Part shown: positions 12,771 to 25,300 of the stretch, one piece after another
Position numbering within the stretch: the stretch's first letter is position 1
Layout of the letters: every line of letters starts with the position of its first letter
From: Eukaryota sp. TZLM1-RC
Taxonomy: Eukaryota; Protista; Metamonada: BaSk clade
DNA: 64,000 nucleotides
Reading direction: 5' to 3'
Assembly (NCBI GenBank): GCA_040285825.1
Contig: JAUPSS010000007.1
Span: 2,640,689-2,704,688 of the forward strand
The notes under the pieces: model-generated
Seen by the model: the letters and a program-made list of their open reading frames with translations, nothing else
What the model was told of the DNA's origin: nothing
Databases searched by the model: none
Made by a program: the position numbers and the translations under genes

Positions 12771-13476
12771 TATTGGGAGATGTTGTACTGTGGACAATTA
12801 GTCCAGTACATTTATCATAGATACTTCACTAGTGATGGCCTTTATAAGGACCGGTGAATTCAATAAATATCTTTATCCTTTTACCTGTTACACAGAATGT
12901 CTACAACAGCATCAGAGAAGTTCTCAAAATGTGAGTAATTCTACGTGAGTGACAATTTTTTAAGATAAGAAACTTAATATGTTCCTCTATTTCAAATGAG
13001 AAATTGTATCAAGTTAAGAACCCAATTTCAGTGAAAGATTATTTAATTCTTCAGTAATCAAAAAAAGCTGAAAAAGGCTGAGAAGAAATCAATCCCTCAC
13101 TTAAATAGCTATTTTTTGTGAAGTGAATTCGCTCATCTTGCGCCAGATCATCTTGAGGATAAGTGCTTGATTAAGTAAATACATCAATAATTGTATTGTC
13201 TATGTTGGGGTTTCATTTGAAAACTCTGTTTCTCCTTGTCTTGAATCATAAATTCTGCAACGAACTTGGTGTCGGATAAATTGTTTAAAAGAACGAGGTT
13301 GTGTGCTGCAGTGCACCTTGGTGTTTAGCAGGGTAAGGATTCTGGTATTTCGAAAGCAGTCTGGGGCGAAAAAATGCCACGTCATCATTTGTTGTTCTAT
13401 ATGATGTTAAACACAACCCTGTTGAAGGAAGCTTCCAATCTGTGTTGTTTCAAACCTCGACAAGACATTATCTTTA

Positions 13477-14091
13477 ATGATTGTTCTTTCATTCAATTGT
13501 GGTGTTTTTGATATTAGCAGCAACGGTCAAGTCACTCCTTATCCCATTCAAGGTACAGGATCACTTGTGTTCGACACCGATAAGTTCGTTTTTATTTGGT
13601 CTTCATCAGATAATTCACGATCTGTTGAACATTTGTTTCAACAACAGTCCATACCAGTTATCGAAAAGGTTCCCGTAGAAGGTAACGTTTTTCAACTGAA
13701 GCCTGTTGATCGTGGACAATGTTTCCTTTACACTTCCTCACCATCCGAAGCAAGTGCTTTACTATCTACTTTTACTTACCATGTGAATGCATTTGTGAGT
13801 ACTCTCCAGGAAGAACGGAAGTTTCCTGCACTTAATAGTATTCTTTCTTACCACAATCTTCAAGATTCGACAGTACTCACGGATGAATCTCTGAAAGAAC
13901 TACTTCCCAAGGAAGCAAACAGCATAGTTGATACACTTACATCTCCCCAATGGAGCACATTTCTCCGTCAGTTTGAGTATTGGGCCTCACTGGGGCTTCT
14001 TGAAGCTCTAGCAATAGAAATGGGTCTGGAGCCCAATGCTCGAAATAGTGTATATTCCTTTTTAACTTCTCTTATTAATAAATACAGATAG
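13477..14091 (+). CDS. RPN13: Proteasomal ubiquitin receptor Rpn13/ADRM1-like protein
   Basis: The N-terminus resembles the Pru domain (F-x-x-G...VTP...G...FIW...EKV...VFQLK). The C-terminus resembles the ADRM1 DEUBAD region (LLP...TLTSPQW...F...LG.L..L..EMGL). Divergent; called by motif recognition only. Confidence 0.65.
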   Translation: MIVLSFNCGVFDISSNGQVTPYPIQGTGSLVFDTDKFVFIWSSSDNSRSVEHLFQQQSIPVIEKVPVEGNVFQLKPVDRGQCFLYTSSPSEASALLSTFTYHVNAFVSTLQEERKFPALNSILSYHNLQDSTVLTDESLKELLPKEANSIVDTLTSPQWSTFLRQFEYWASLGLLEALAIEMGLEPNARNSVYSFLTSLINKYR

Positions 14092-14323
14092 GTTTTTCAG
14101 CTACCAACAGTCATAATGAATTTTGAATCAACATTTTCAAGTTCCACTGTTGCTGTAGTAGAGAGAAGTGTCTATGGTAGAGAGAGGAGATGGAAAAGTT
14201 TTACAATTTGATCTACCAAATATCACGATTTTGACATGACTTTTCTGGACTCACTTCAAAATGCGAAGCTTTCTGATGAAGCTCGCTTTTCCTGCTTCAT
14301 AGACAACTTAGCTACTGTCCATC

Positions 14324-15483
14324 ATGATCATCGGTGTCCCTAAAGAAATTAAGAACAACGAATCCCGTGTCGGTATCGTAGTCGTTCTCAGGATTTAACA
14401 TAAGCTTGTACTCCTGCTGGTGCTCGCGAATTTGTCAAGAATGGCCACATGGTTTACGTCCAACACACTGCTGGTATCAACTCTGGATTTGAAGATGCTG
14501 AGTACGAAAAGGCTGGTGCCAAGATCCTTCCCACTATCGAGGATGTCTATGCCATTGCTGAAATGATCATCAAGGTCAAAGAACCTCTTGAAGAAGAGTA
14601 TGCTCTTATCAGAGAGGGTACTCTTGTCTTTACCTTCTTCCACTTTGCAGCTTCTGAAACTTTGACTAAGGCTATGATCAAGAGTAAGGCCACATGTCTT
14701 GCTTATGAAACTGTCCAGCAGGGCAACGCTCTCCCCCTCCTCATTCCAATGAGCGAAGTAGCTGGTAGAGCTTCTGTCCAATTTGGTGCCAGATTCCTTC
14801 AAAAAACCGAAGGAGGTAAGGGAAAACTTCTTGGCGGCGTTCCAGGTGTGGAACCTGCTAATGTTGTGATCCTTGGTGGTGGTATTGCTGGAACTAATGC
14901 TGCCATGATGGCTGCTGGACTTGGAGCCCAAGTTACTATCGTTGACATCTCACTTCCTAGACTCCGCTACCTTGACGAAGTTATGCCCAAGAATGTGAAA
15001 ACTTGCTATTCCAATGAAGTCAATATCAGAAGATTGAGCAAGACTGCTGACCTCATCATCGGTGCAGTTCTTATTCCAGGAGCAGAAGCTCCCAAATTGA
15101 TGACCCGTGATATGCTCAAGGACATGGAAGAAGGTTCAGTTATCATTGACATTGCCATCGATCAAGGTGGATGTATTGAAACTTGCGATCATGCAACTAC
15201 CCATTCAGATCCATCCTATGTTGTAGATGGAATTGTCCACTCTTGTGTTGCAAATTTGCCCGGAGCTTTTCCTCAGACCTCAACTTTGGCCCTCACCAAT
15301 GTTACTCTTCCTTATGCCCTCCAACTTGCTAACAAGGGATGGAAGAAGGCTTGCCAGGAAAACGCTGAATTGTGCAAGGGTCTCAACATTGTTAATGGTG
15401 AAGTTGTTTACAAGGCTGTTGCTGATACATTTGATTTGTCTTGTGTTGATGTCAACAAGTTCTTGACTGAATGTAATGAGTAG
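14324..15483 (+). CDS. ald: Alanine dehydrogenase (bacterial type); exons 14324..14372 and 14405..15483
   Basis: Splicing a 32-nt GTATC...TAAG intron restores [22 protein letters not shown]. Hallmarks include IIKVKEP, FTFFHFA, LAYETV, PMSEVAGR, GGGIAG, DIAIDQGGC and VANLPGA. Confidence 0.95.
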
Positions 15484-16124
15484 TGTGTTTTGTATAGAAG
15501 TTTATTAGTTTAGTCGTATATACAGGTTTATCGTTTAGCAATTAGACCAATATCAATGCATTGGTGGTCAAAATATCTTCATTAGCAAACAATCAGAAAT
15601 GAGGAAAGAGGAAGCAGAAACTTTACCAGCTCATCATACTTTGGAGTTTTCAATACCCTTATACTTCAATAGCTCGTCCACATTGGAGCACTGAGTCTTT
15701 GTTGTTGAACATTGTATTTTGTTCTGGGAAAATTCATTACTATCACCAGGGGAAGCTGAAGTACAGACGGTTTAATTTGTCGTCCATTTTGTTGGGTGTC
15801 ATCCCCTTTTCATTACAGTTTATCTGCCACAATTTATATGGGGAGAGATATTGAGTTTATTAATTGTTTACTTTGAATGGGTAAATAATTCTTGAATCAA
15901 AACTTGTTTTATGAGGTTCTTAAGAAACACGTCTGTTTCAACTATCCATTCTGGAATGAGAGAATCTTGTCATTTCTTGGTACCCCTATAACAAATAATC
16001 AATTCAGATAATTTGTTAACTAAACGTAAATTGTCAGTTGGGAATGAATTGCAGGACAATAATTGAACTTTAATTTCTGCCACAATAGAATTGTTTTTAG
16101 TGTTCTCAAAGCAATTCCCGAAAT

Positions 16125-16833
16125 GATAATCTTTTCATCGTTGCTTCTTGAACCATTTTTTAAAATTCATTCAAAGTAATTCCTGCTTCTACTGATAGTC
16201 TTCCGTTTATCGAAAGTGGGGAAGCAGTAAAAACAAGTGGTCTTTTTCTATCAGCATTAGCTTCTTCGATATCTTTGTCATATTTTCTATGTTTTTCTTT
16301 AGCTTTAAATTCAAGAGCACTTACAGGATTAAGTTTTCTTCTTTGAACCAAAGTGTCATTTACAACATTACGGGAGACAAAGTCAACAACGGCTTCAGAG
16401 TTCTCAATCTAATCACAGTATACATCCCCTCTGTCATCAGAACCAAAATTATTCAATGACAATGTTTCCTTCAGCAGAGGCTCTTTAATGCACGAGATTC
16501 TTGCAGTTCGTGCCATATTGACAACAGTGTCTCTTACAACATCTCGTAATGAAGAACGATAGGTTATCAATTTAGAACAATTCAGAGCATGACGCAAAGT
16601 GAGTTGAGGTGAATTCGAACAAATACATTTTTCTTTCAATAAGAATTGATTAATGGAAATATTCAAATATAATCTCATTTTTGTTACAAACGCTTCATTA
16701 TTAGCACAGTTCAAATCTTCGTGACACAATGGTCACAAAGAGTGAAGAATCTGATGACTGATTTTCTCAAACACCTTTTTCCAATAGCAATGAGTGAAGA
16801 ACTTTATTTACAACAGTCGAGCTGCCTATATTA
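16125..16833 (-). mobile_element. CRE-like retrotransposon family C, decayed 3' fragment
   Basis: Homologous to 19940-20650: CICSNSPQLTLRHALNC, KEPLL, DRGDVYCD, KAKEKHRKY. Confidence 0.85.
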
Positions 16834-17729
16834 ATTGAGGTAGTTGATTTCTAGTTTTATGTTGATTGTTTTGTTTGTTTTTAAAAAAACATTTTTAGGT
16901 TTAAACAAGTTTATCTTAAAAACAGTATTAGAGCTTCTGGGTATTCATTCACAGGTTGGGCTCTGAAAGGAAACGGATTGATTCTTACACATTGATTTCT
17001 CCTATTCTCACTTTCTCCAAATTCAGCACATGAACCGTAACTCTTACCACCTTGGTTACCTTGCTATTTGTATCTCGATGCTTCTTCTTCTGAGCTTTAT
17101 AAATTAATAGAGCTGCTGACATATATCTCTGCGATTCTGCCGTGTTATTTCATGCTAATTCCAAAAGTACACAAAAATTTCGAGAGACATATGACCAACT
17201 GCAAAAAGAGCACAAGGTTTGGTTGTTTGTTTATTGAAATGCAAGAAACGTAACAATGTAAGAAATGCATCCTCATCATGTAAAGCTTGTATCATGGTTG
17301 TGTTGCATAAATTCTAAAAAAATGTGTCAGAAGATACCGAATGTGCAAGTATCAGGAACATGCGAAAAAGTGTAAACATAATTTGAACACATCCTGTGAG
17401 AACCAATCAATGATCAATAGATCCATTGTAAGTAATAATAAGCATAATAGGCTATGTATGACTGCATGGAACAAAGAATTCAAGGCAAATGAAGAGTGAG
17501 AATAGGCGAAATCAGGAAGTGAGAATAGATTTCACAACTGAAAGAAATGTTTGCCCCCCTCCCCCCAATCGATTAAATCAAGTGAATTAATGGTGTGAGA
17601 AAATCTCGACCTTGATGCAACTATTGCAACTATTGTATTTTCAATTTCAAATTATGATATTAGGAAGATTAAAATTCAGTGGTATGGTTTGGGAGAAACT
17701 GATGTGGAAAAAATTAATTTGATGACAGA

Positions 17730-20700
17730 ATGAACATGTTTGTCTTTGTGAGTTTGTTCAAAAACGAAGCCACGCTCCTACAGATGCTCAAAGTGTCGAC
17801 AACAAAGACATAATGCTCGAACATGCCCCAATATTGGAAAAGATGATGTGACAAATTCTGAAACAAAACGTAAAAGAAAATTTATTAGAAGAACAGAGTC
17901 TAAGGTAAGACCAATAAATGAATCTCCACAAGTTGTTGCAAAACCAGTTAACAATCGAATCAAGCACAAAGCTTGCAACAATTGTGGTGTTTCTTTTAGA
18001 AAAAATGCAAAAAGGAACAACGGCTGATCGATGCTTGAAATGCCGCATAGTTGATAATTACCATCCTCCCATAAAAATACCTCAAGAAATTCCTCCATCA
18101 AAATGCAATGAATTTGTTTTCGTTTTCAAAAGATTTTTGGATCAATTATGTAAGGGAAAGTATGCTATCAATATTCTTTGGGAATTTTTTGGTTCCTTTT
18201 GTCCTCCTTTTGAACAAAATTTCGTAAATAATTCCGAAGATTTAACTAATATAGCACCGAGAAAACAGTCATCTGAGAAATTAATTAAAATTTTTGAAGA
18301 CAAATGCTTTGACAACAAACGGTCTAGGGCTTTGTCAGCTTTAAGTCCAGGAGTTAAAGCGCCCAACAATCAAAATACTATGGATAATCTAAAAATTGTT
18401 CATCCTTTGGAAGACCCTATAATGGATCAAAATTTTTACGGGACTTACAGGGAAAATTATCCATTGATGGCATCAGAAGTATTTTCGGTGATAAAAAGAA
18501 GACCACGCGGTAAGTCTGCCGGACTTTCTGGTATCTCTATTGATCATGTAAAAGCGGCAATTATTTCTTCAGAGGATTGTCCTGTTTTATTAACCAAATT
18601 TTTCAACAAAATGTTGACCGGTCAACTCAAATACCCAGAAGAATTAAGAAATTCTCGTTTGACTGCACTTGTCAAAAATTCAAAAATGGATGTTTGTCCT
18701 ATTGCAGTCTCTGAGAGCCTACAAAATATTTTTTCTGCTTGTTGCTTAAGCAGGTTCAATGAGAAAGAAAAAAAGATTTTATTACCCTTTCAGTATGGAA
18801 TTAATACCACTGATGGAGTCTCTTCAGCGATATTTGCTACAGATGTATTATTTCGCCAAAATGAATCCAATGTTTGGATGTCATTGGATTTTAGTAATGC
18901 ATTCAATTCACTCAATCGTCGCAGTATCCATGGTGCTTTATTGCAATTTATGCCGGAATTAATGCCGTATTTCCAATCAACATATAGCACAAATTCTAAT
19001 TTACATTCTTGTAATTCCATTTTGAGTTCATCAAGTGGTGTAAAGCAAGGAGATCCGTTAGGACCTCTTTTGTTTTGTTTGGCCATTCATTCTATTTTAT
19101 TGCAAATTCAAGAGATGTTTCCAAAATATGATTGCATATATGGATGATGTTGTTCCTATTGGTGAGTTCAATATTGCGAAACAAGCAACTGTATGTTTTA
19201 AACAATTATTTACCAAAATTGGTCTCCGACTTAATATACTTAAATGTGTTTTGTTATCGAATTCTCCAGTTTCCACAATAGTTGATGGTATTGAAATTCA
19301 AGCCAAATTATATTCAATTGATGCTATTCGTCATTTGGGTTCGTTTTTAGGAAATAATGATGAAATTACCAAAAAATTGTTTGAAAAGCTGAACTCAATT
19401 TCCGACAAAATTGACCGAATGATGAATTGAAATATACGAAAACACATCAAATTTACCATTATAAGACTGTGTTTTAGTTCCAATTTCAATCATTTATTTC
19501 GATCTACAAATCCTCTTGTCACTAGGCCTTTGGCTCAGAAGTTTAATGAGTTACGTGCAAAAGTTCTGTCACAATCACTGGGATGTAAAATGTTCCAAAT
19601 TCCAGACCATGCTTATGTTAGTCCACTTTATGGCGGTTTAGATTGGACGAAGGCTTCTATTCTTACCTCGTGTGCTTTTGTTGGTGGATGCAGAAATGCA
19701 ATCTTTGAGTTTTCCGAAAGATTTGCAGATTGGGAAGATTTATTGATGACAACGCAAAGTTCCACTGTTTTTGCATTAAATGAAGAAATTTCAAAAATTG
19801 ACGCAGAAAAATGGGGTCGATGCTTTCCCCAATCATTCAATGGCAATATTCCAGAAAAGAATGTTTTAAATTTGAGGTACACTCTTCGAACATTACAGAA
19901 ACGATTGACTGGAATGTATGAAAATGATCTTGATAATAATATATGCAGCTCGGCTGTTTTAAATCAAGATTGTTCACTCATTGTTATTGGAAAAGGGTGT
20001 TTGTGAAAACAAGTCATCAAATTCTTCACTTTTTGTAACCATTGTACCACGAAGATTTGGATTGTGTGCCACTAATGAAGCATTTGTCACAAAAATGAGA
20101 TTATATTTGAATATCCCCATTAATCAATTATTAAAAGAAAAATGTATTAGTTCGAATTCACCTCAACTCACTTTGCACCATGCTCTGAATTGTTCTAAAT
20201 TGATAACTTATCGTTCTTCATTACATGATGCTGTTAGAGACACTGTTTTCAATATGGCTCAAACTGCAAGAATATCATGTATCAAAGAGCCTCTGCTGAA
20301 GGAAACACTTTCTCTGAATAACTTTAGCTCTGACGATAGAGGTGATGTATACTGTGATTGGATTGATAATTCTGAAGCTATTGTTGACTTCGTCTCATGT
20401 AATGTTGCAAATGATTTGGTTCACAGAAGAAAACTTAATCCTGTGAGTGCTCTTGATTTTAAAGCAAAAGAAAAACACAGAAAATGATATTAGAGATGTT
20501 GAAGAAGCTAATGCTGATAGAAATACACAGCTGGTTTTTATTGCTTTCCCATTTTCAATAAATGCAAGATTATCAGATCAAGCAGAAACTATTTTGAATG
20601 ATTTCCAAAAAATGGTTCAAGAAAAAACAATGAAAAGATTTGATGTTTTTTTATGGCCTTCACGGATTCAATTTGCCATTATTAATAGATTACCTCGGTT

Positions 20701-20830
20701 TTTCAATCGAATAAGAGAAGCTTTAGCTAGACAGCAAGCAGATCAAGATTTTGTAGAGGAAATCTTGGTTCAATGATAGTCGTCCCATTAGTTATGAGTT
20801 AATTTAATTAAGTGTGCATGTTCAATAAAT
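17730..20830 (+). mobile_element. CRE-like non-LTR retrotransposon family C, near full length, inactivated by stops and frameshifts
   Basis: N-terminal CCHC knuckle CSKCRQQRHNARTC (about 17785-17826). RT motifs KSAGLSG, PIAVSE, QYG, LDFSNAFNSL, GVKQGDPLGPLLFCLAIH, AYMDDV, RHLGS. C-terminal Zn knuckle and RLE (RGDVY...IVDF...KEKHRK). Ends at CATGTTCAATAAA. Confidence 0.92.
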
Positions 20831-22316
20831 ATCTTTTACAACAACTCATTAAATGTTTGGTTTTGAATTATTTTTCCATTAACTAATTATTCTTTCGCAG
20901 ATAATGCATTGTAAATAAATTTCAAAGGACCAATTCCATTGCTATCATAAATAATTCAACACGAGTAGGAGCTCTTAATTCAATCTTTTCCTCATCTGAA
21001 TGAAAGAATTTTCCAATTCCTATAGTTGTTCCTATGATATGTTAAACTAATCAAGAATGAATATTTGGTTGAATTATTTTGTTTTCCAATGTGGATTCAA
21101 CATCCAGAAAAAAAGTTTTTGGTTGATATTTTTCGTGCCCATTTAGATGAAACTGAAGAACCTTTTGGATAAGAAATTGTTATTTTCAATATTTGTTTTT
21201 CTGGGTTTTTTTCGCCATTTATTTGCGTTGTTGTGATCACTATTTCCAATAGTTTAATAAATGATTGTTTTTATTTACTTTTTGCTCACTGTTTTTCTTT
21301 TCAGTTGTTTTAATTTGTTCAGAAATTGTATTGTGTTTGTTGTCCATTTTATCGAGAGAAGGCGATTTTTGGTTCTTCGAATTGGAATTATTAAAATTAT
21401 AACCATGCTCTTGAAATGAAATAGGTACTTATTATTAGCACACCGAAAAATTAAATGGTTTAGTAGTTTTTGATAATCTGTTTTTATTAGAAACGATTAA
21501 TTATTTTTTGTTACATCAAATAAACATAATAATACAAAATCAGTATTTTGAACAGATGATATATTATGATATTATGATATGATTTTAGATGTAATACTAT
21601 TTTCAAACAAGCTATTGATATAAACAAGCCAGTTACAAAACAAATTTTACAGAATTCTTATTAATACCAATAAGTTTGGATCAATATCAATAATCAAAAT
21701 ATTAAGGTAAGTTATATGTGCAGCTTTTCAAAAATTCAGTAATTAATCTACTTATAAAAATCAACTTTTTTATTGAACAGGCTGAAACAATATATACTAA
21801 AACTTAATGTGGTTGTAACACATGTTAACCTCCAATTTCAGACATGTTACAAATGTCGTTGAGAAAATATCAAGAGAATTTTTTTCAGATTTCTAAGTCT
21901 AAAGTTATCCAACCTAGCAACCTAGTTTTCACCATGTCTCAATCGAGGGAAACCGCTTCTCCAGTAAACTGGTATCAAACATTGAATATAGAACGTCATT
22001 AGAGTAATATTACTTTTCAGATGAACGTCTCCAAGCTCCCATAAAGATTTGTTTATACAATAAATATGTACCTGACTAGTCACCATTTGGTAACTGCTGG
22101 TGCACCATTGGTTATTCTTTAGCTCTGCAAACAGCTGTTTCAAAATATCGTTTTGACCAAGAGGTTTTCTGTTGCTGTATTGACGATATGTGTATATGAT
22201 TAAAACTAAATTAATTAACACTAAACAAATTAAACATTTATAATATAATACAAAAAGAAAATAAAAGCGATGGCTTTAATAACATATTCAGATAATTTCT
22301 CATTCGTTAAATTCAA

Positions 22317-25300
22317 TTACACTTCACCCCTATAAGTTCTGGTTAAATTGCGAATGGACTCAAATTCTGCCAAAAATGCTTCTCTTTCTAGTTTTCGTGA
22401 TAGAGATAAATCATTACCAATTTCTTGGCTGGTATTGAATTCTGAACTGGACCCGTGTTGACTTTGATTATATTGATCTACCCTTTTGATCTGATTAGAC
22501 AACTCAAGCACAGAGGATATAACGCCCCTCGTTTTTGACTCAGCGAGTTCCAATTGCTCTCTTTTTTTAGACAACGCACAACGATCATGTGAAATTTCCA
22601 AAGAAACTTGTGAAAGAAAAGAACAAACCGCAGTGACAAAAGCGACAACGTTGGAAAAATTCAAGGAAACGTTGTCTGGTGCAATTATCGACTCATCTAT
22701 GCTATGTTCAAAATCATTAAATGAATGCATTGTTTCTAATAAATCAAATAATAACCTAGACAACTCACTACCATCAAAATTACCCAACGAATTGGAAAAT
22801 TGATTTAATTCTTTTTCTTTCAAATGTAATTTAATAGATTTTTCTTTAATTAAATGGAACTGATCTTTCAATCGCTCCCCATATTGTTTTAATTGGTTAT
22901 CTTTTTGTGATAGCTGCTCAAACTTTTCTTTCAATTGGGCCTTTAAGCTATTGATATTTGAGTGCTTTTGTTCAATTTCCAGTAATTCATACTTGATTTT
23001 TGCAGTTTCGGCAGTTTTCATTTGTTCAAACTCCTTTCTCTCCGATTCCAAAGCCTGACGTTCATAAAGTACGTCATCAGCCTTTGACTTTTCTTGACAA
23101 AGTTCATTTTTGACCCTTTCCTTATAAGTCTCCAAATCCAAAAGACTTTGTCTGACTGATTCTTCTTTTTTGGAAAGTTCGTTTGAACGATTATCTAATT
23201 CTTTTCTACTTTCTTCCAATTCAATTTTGTTTTTGTTAAGCTCATCTTCCAAATTGATTAAATTAGACTTCAAACCTTCAAGTTCTTGCTGACATTTAGT
23301 TAGGTGTTCATCCCTCTGTTGCAGTTCACCTTCAAAGACAACCAATCTGTCACATTTGACGTCTAAATCTTCAGTTTCCGTTTCTAGTCGAGATTCTAAA
23401 TCAATCAAATTGGACTGTTTCTCGAAAACATCAACCCTCAATTGTTCAAGATGGAAATCTTCAAAAGCAAGTGAAGCAGATGAGATCAAAAGGTGATTAG
23501 CAAAATTTTCTAAAGAAACTCCCTTGCCCTCATAAAACAAAACAGAAGGTGATTGGTGAATTGATTGCTGGATATCAGTTTGATTGGATTGAAGAGCTAG
23601 TTGTTGATTGGCAAGTTCCTCTTCAAGTTCAATCAATCGGTCCTCTTGACTCCTGACGACTGATTCTCTGGCAATAATTTCTGATTCGAAATCAATCAAT
23701 TCTTCCTTTTTCTGATCTACTAATAAACCACAATTATTTAAATATGTTTCCTTCTTATTTAATTCTTGGCTTCTTTGGTTAAGAACAGACTGTTCTCTAG
23801 ATAATTCTTCATTAATATTATCTGATTCTATTTGTTGTTCCTTCAATTTGCTAAATTCTTCTTCTAATAAAAGAGATCTCTGCTTGATTTCTTGTTCTTT
23901 TTGAATTAATTCAAAAGACTTTTCCAACAATTCGGATTCCAAATCCTTTAAATTAGATTCTTTACTGTTTAATTCCGTTGAAAACTCTTCTAAATCATGG
24001 AATTGATGCTTCTTCTGCTCTAATTCTGATAATTGGTTCTTGATAAAACCTTGCTCAAGTCTAACTGATTCTTCCAGACTTTTGATCTCTTCAGATCTGT
24101 GTTCCAAAAATTCGCGTTCACTGACAAGCGTTTGCTCCTTATTTTCCAGACATACTAATTTTTGTTCTTTTTCAGCTAAATCTTCTTGACGTGCATCTAA
24201 TTGTTGAGAGAAAAGAGCCAATTTTTGTTCTTTTTCATCTAAATCTTCTTGACGTGCATCTAATTGTTGAGAGAAAAGAGCCAATTTTTGTTCTTTTTCA
24301 TCTAAATCTTCTTGACGTGCATCTAATTGTTGAGAGAAAAGAGCCAATTTTTGTTCTTTTTCAGCTAAATCTTCTTGACGTGCATCTAATTGTTGAGAGA
24401 AAAGAGCCAATTTTTGTTCTTTTTCATCTAAATCTTCTTGACGTGCATCTAATTGTTGAGAGAAAAGAGCCAATTTTTGTTCTTTTTCATCTAAATCTTC
24501 TTGACGTGCATCTAATTGTTGAGAGAAAAGAGCCAATTTTTGTTCTTTTTCATCTAAATCTTCTTGACGTGCATCTAATTGTTGAGAGAAAAGAGCCAAT
24601 TTTTGTTCTTTTTCATCTAAATCTTCTTGACGTGCATCTAATTGTTGAGAGAAAAGAGCCAATTTTTGTTCTTTTTCATCTAAATCTTCTTGACGTGCAT
24701 CTAATTGTTGAGAGAAAAGAGCCAATTTTTGTTCTTTTTCATCTAAATCTTCTTGACGTGCATCTAATTGTTGAGAGAAAAGAGCCAATTTTTGTTCTTT
24801 TTCATCTAAATCTTCTTGGAGTGCATCTAATTGTTGAGAGAAAAGAGCCAATTTTTGTTCTTTTTCAAAACATTGATGTTCAAAACTTGTTTTAAATTCT
24901 TCAAATTCAAATTTTTCATCATCAAGTGTTTCCTGAGCCTCAACTAACTGACCTTCCTTGACTGTGATCTCTTCCCAATGTCTCCTGACATCCAGTTGAT
25001 CCGCACTGATCTCCTCACTCAAAATTTCAAGTTCACCCTTCAAAATTTCGAGTCGCTCTTTTTCTACTTCATTTTCGACCCTTGATTTATATAAACCTTC
25101 AATTGCATAACTCATTGCATCACTACGTTCAACCAAACCTCCTTTGTACACCTCAGCAAGGGTTAATTCTTCACTTAATTCTTGGTACAATTGATCTATA
25201 GATGATTGTGATTCTTTTAATTGTAGGGATAAATCTGTTAGCTCCAGCTCTTTATTAACCAGAATTGATTGAAAATCATCGAGTTCTTGCTGACGTGACA

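Noticed and set aside
14220-14229. 10-nt match (ATATCACGAT) to the candidate Fanzor guide upstream of ald
   Set aside because: Too short to be distinguished from chance.
24191-24895. 234-aa plus-strand repetitive ORF
   Set aside because: Antisense shadow of the 63-bp coding repeat.
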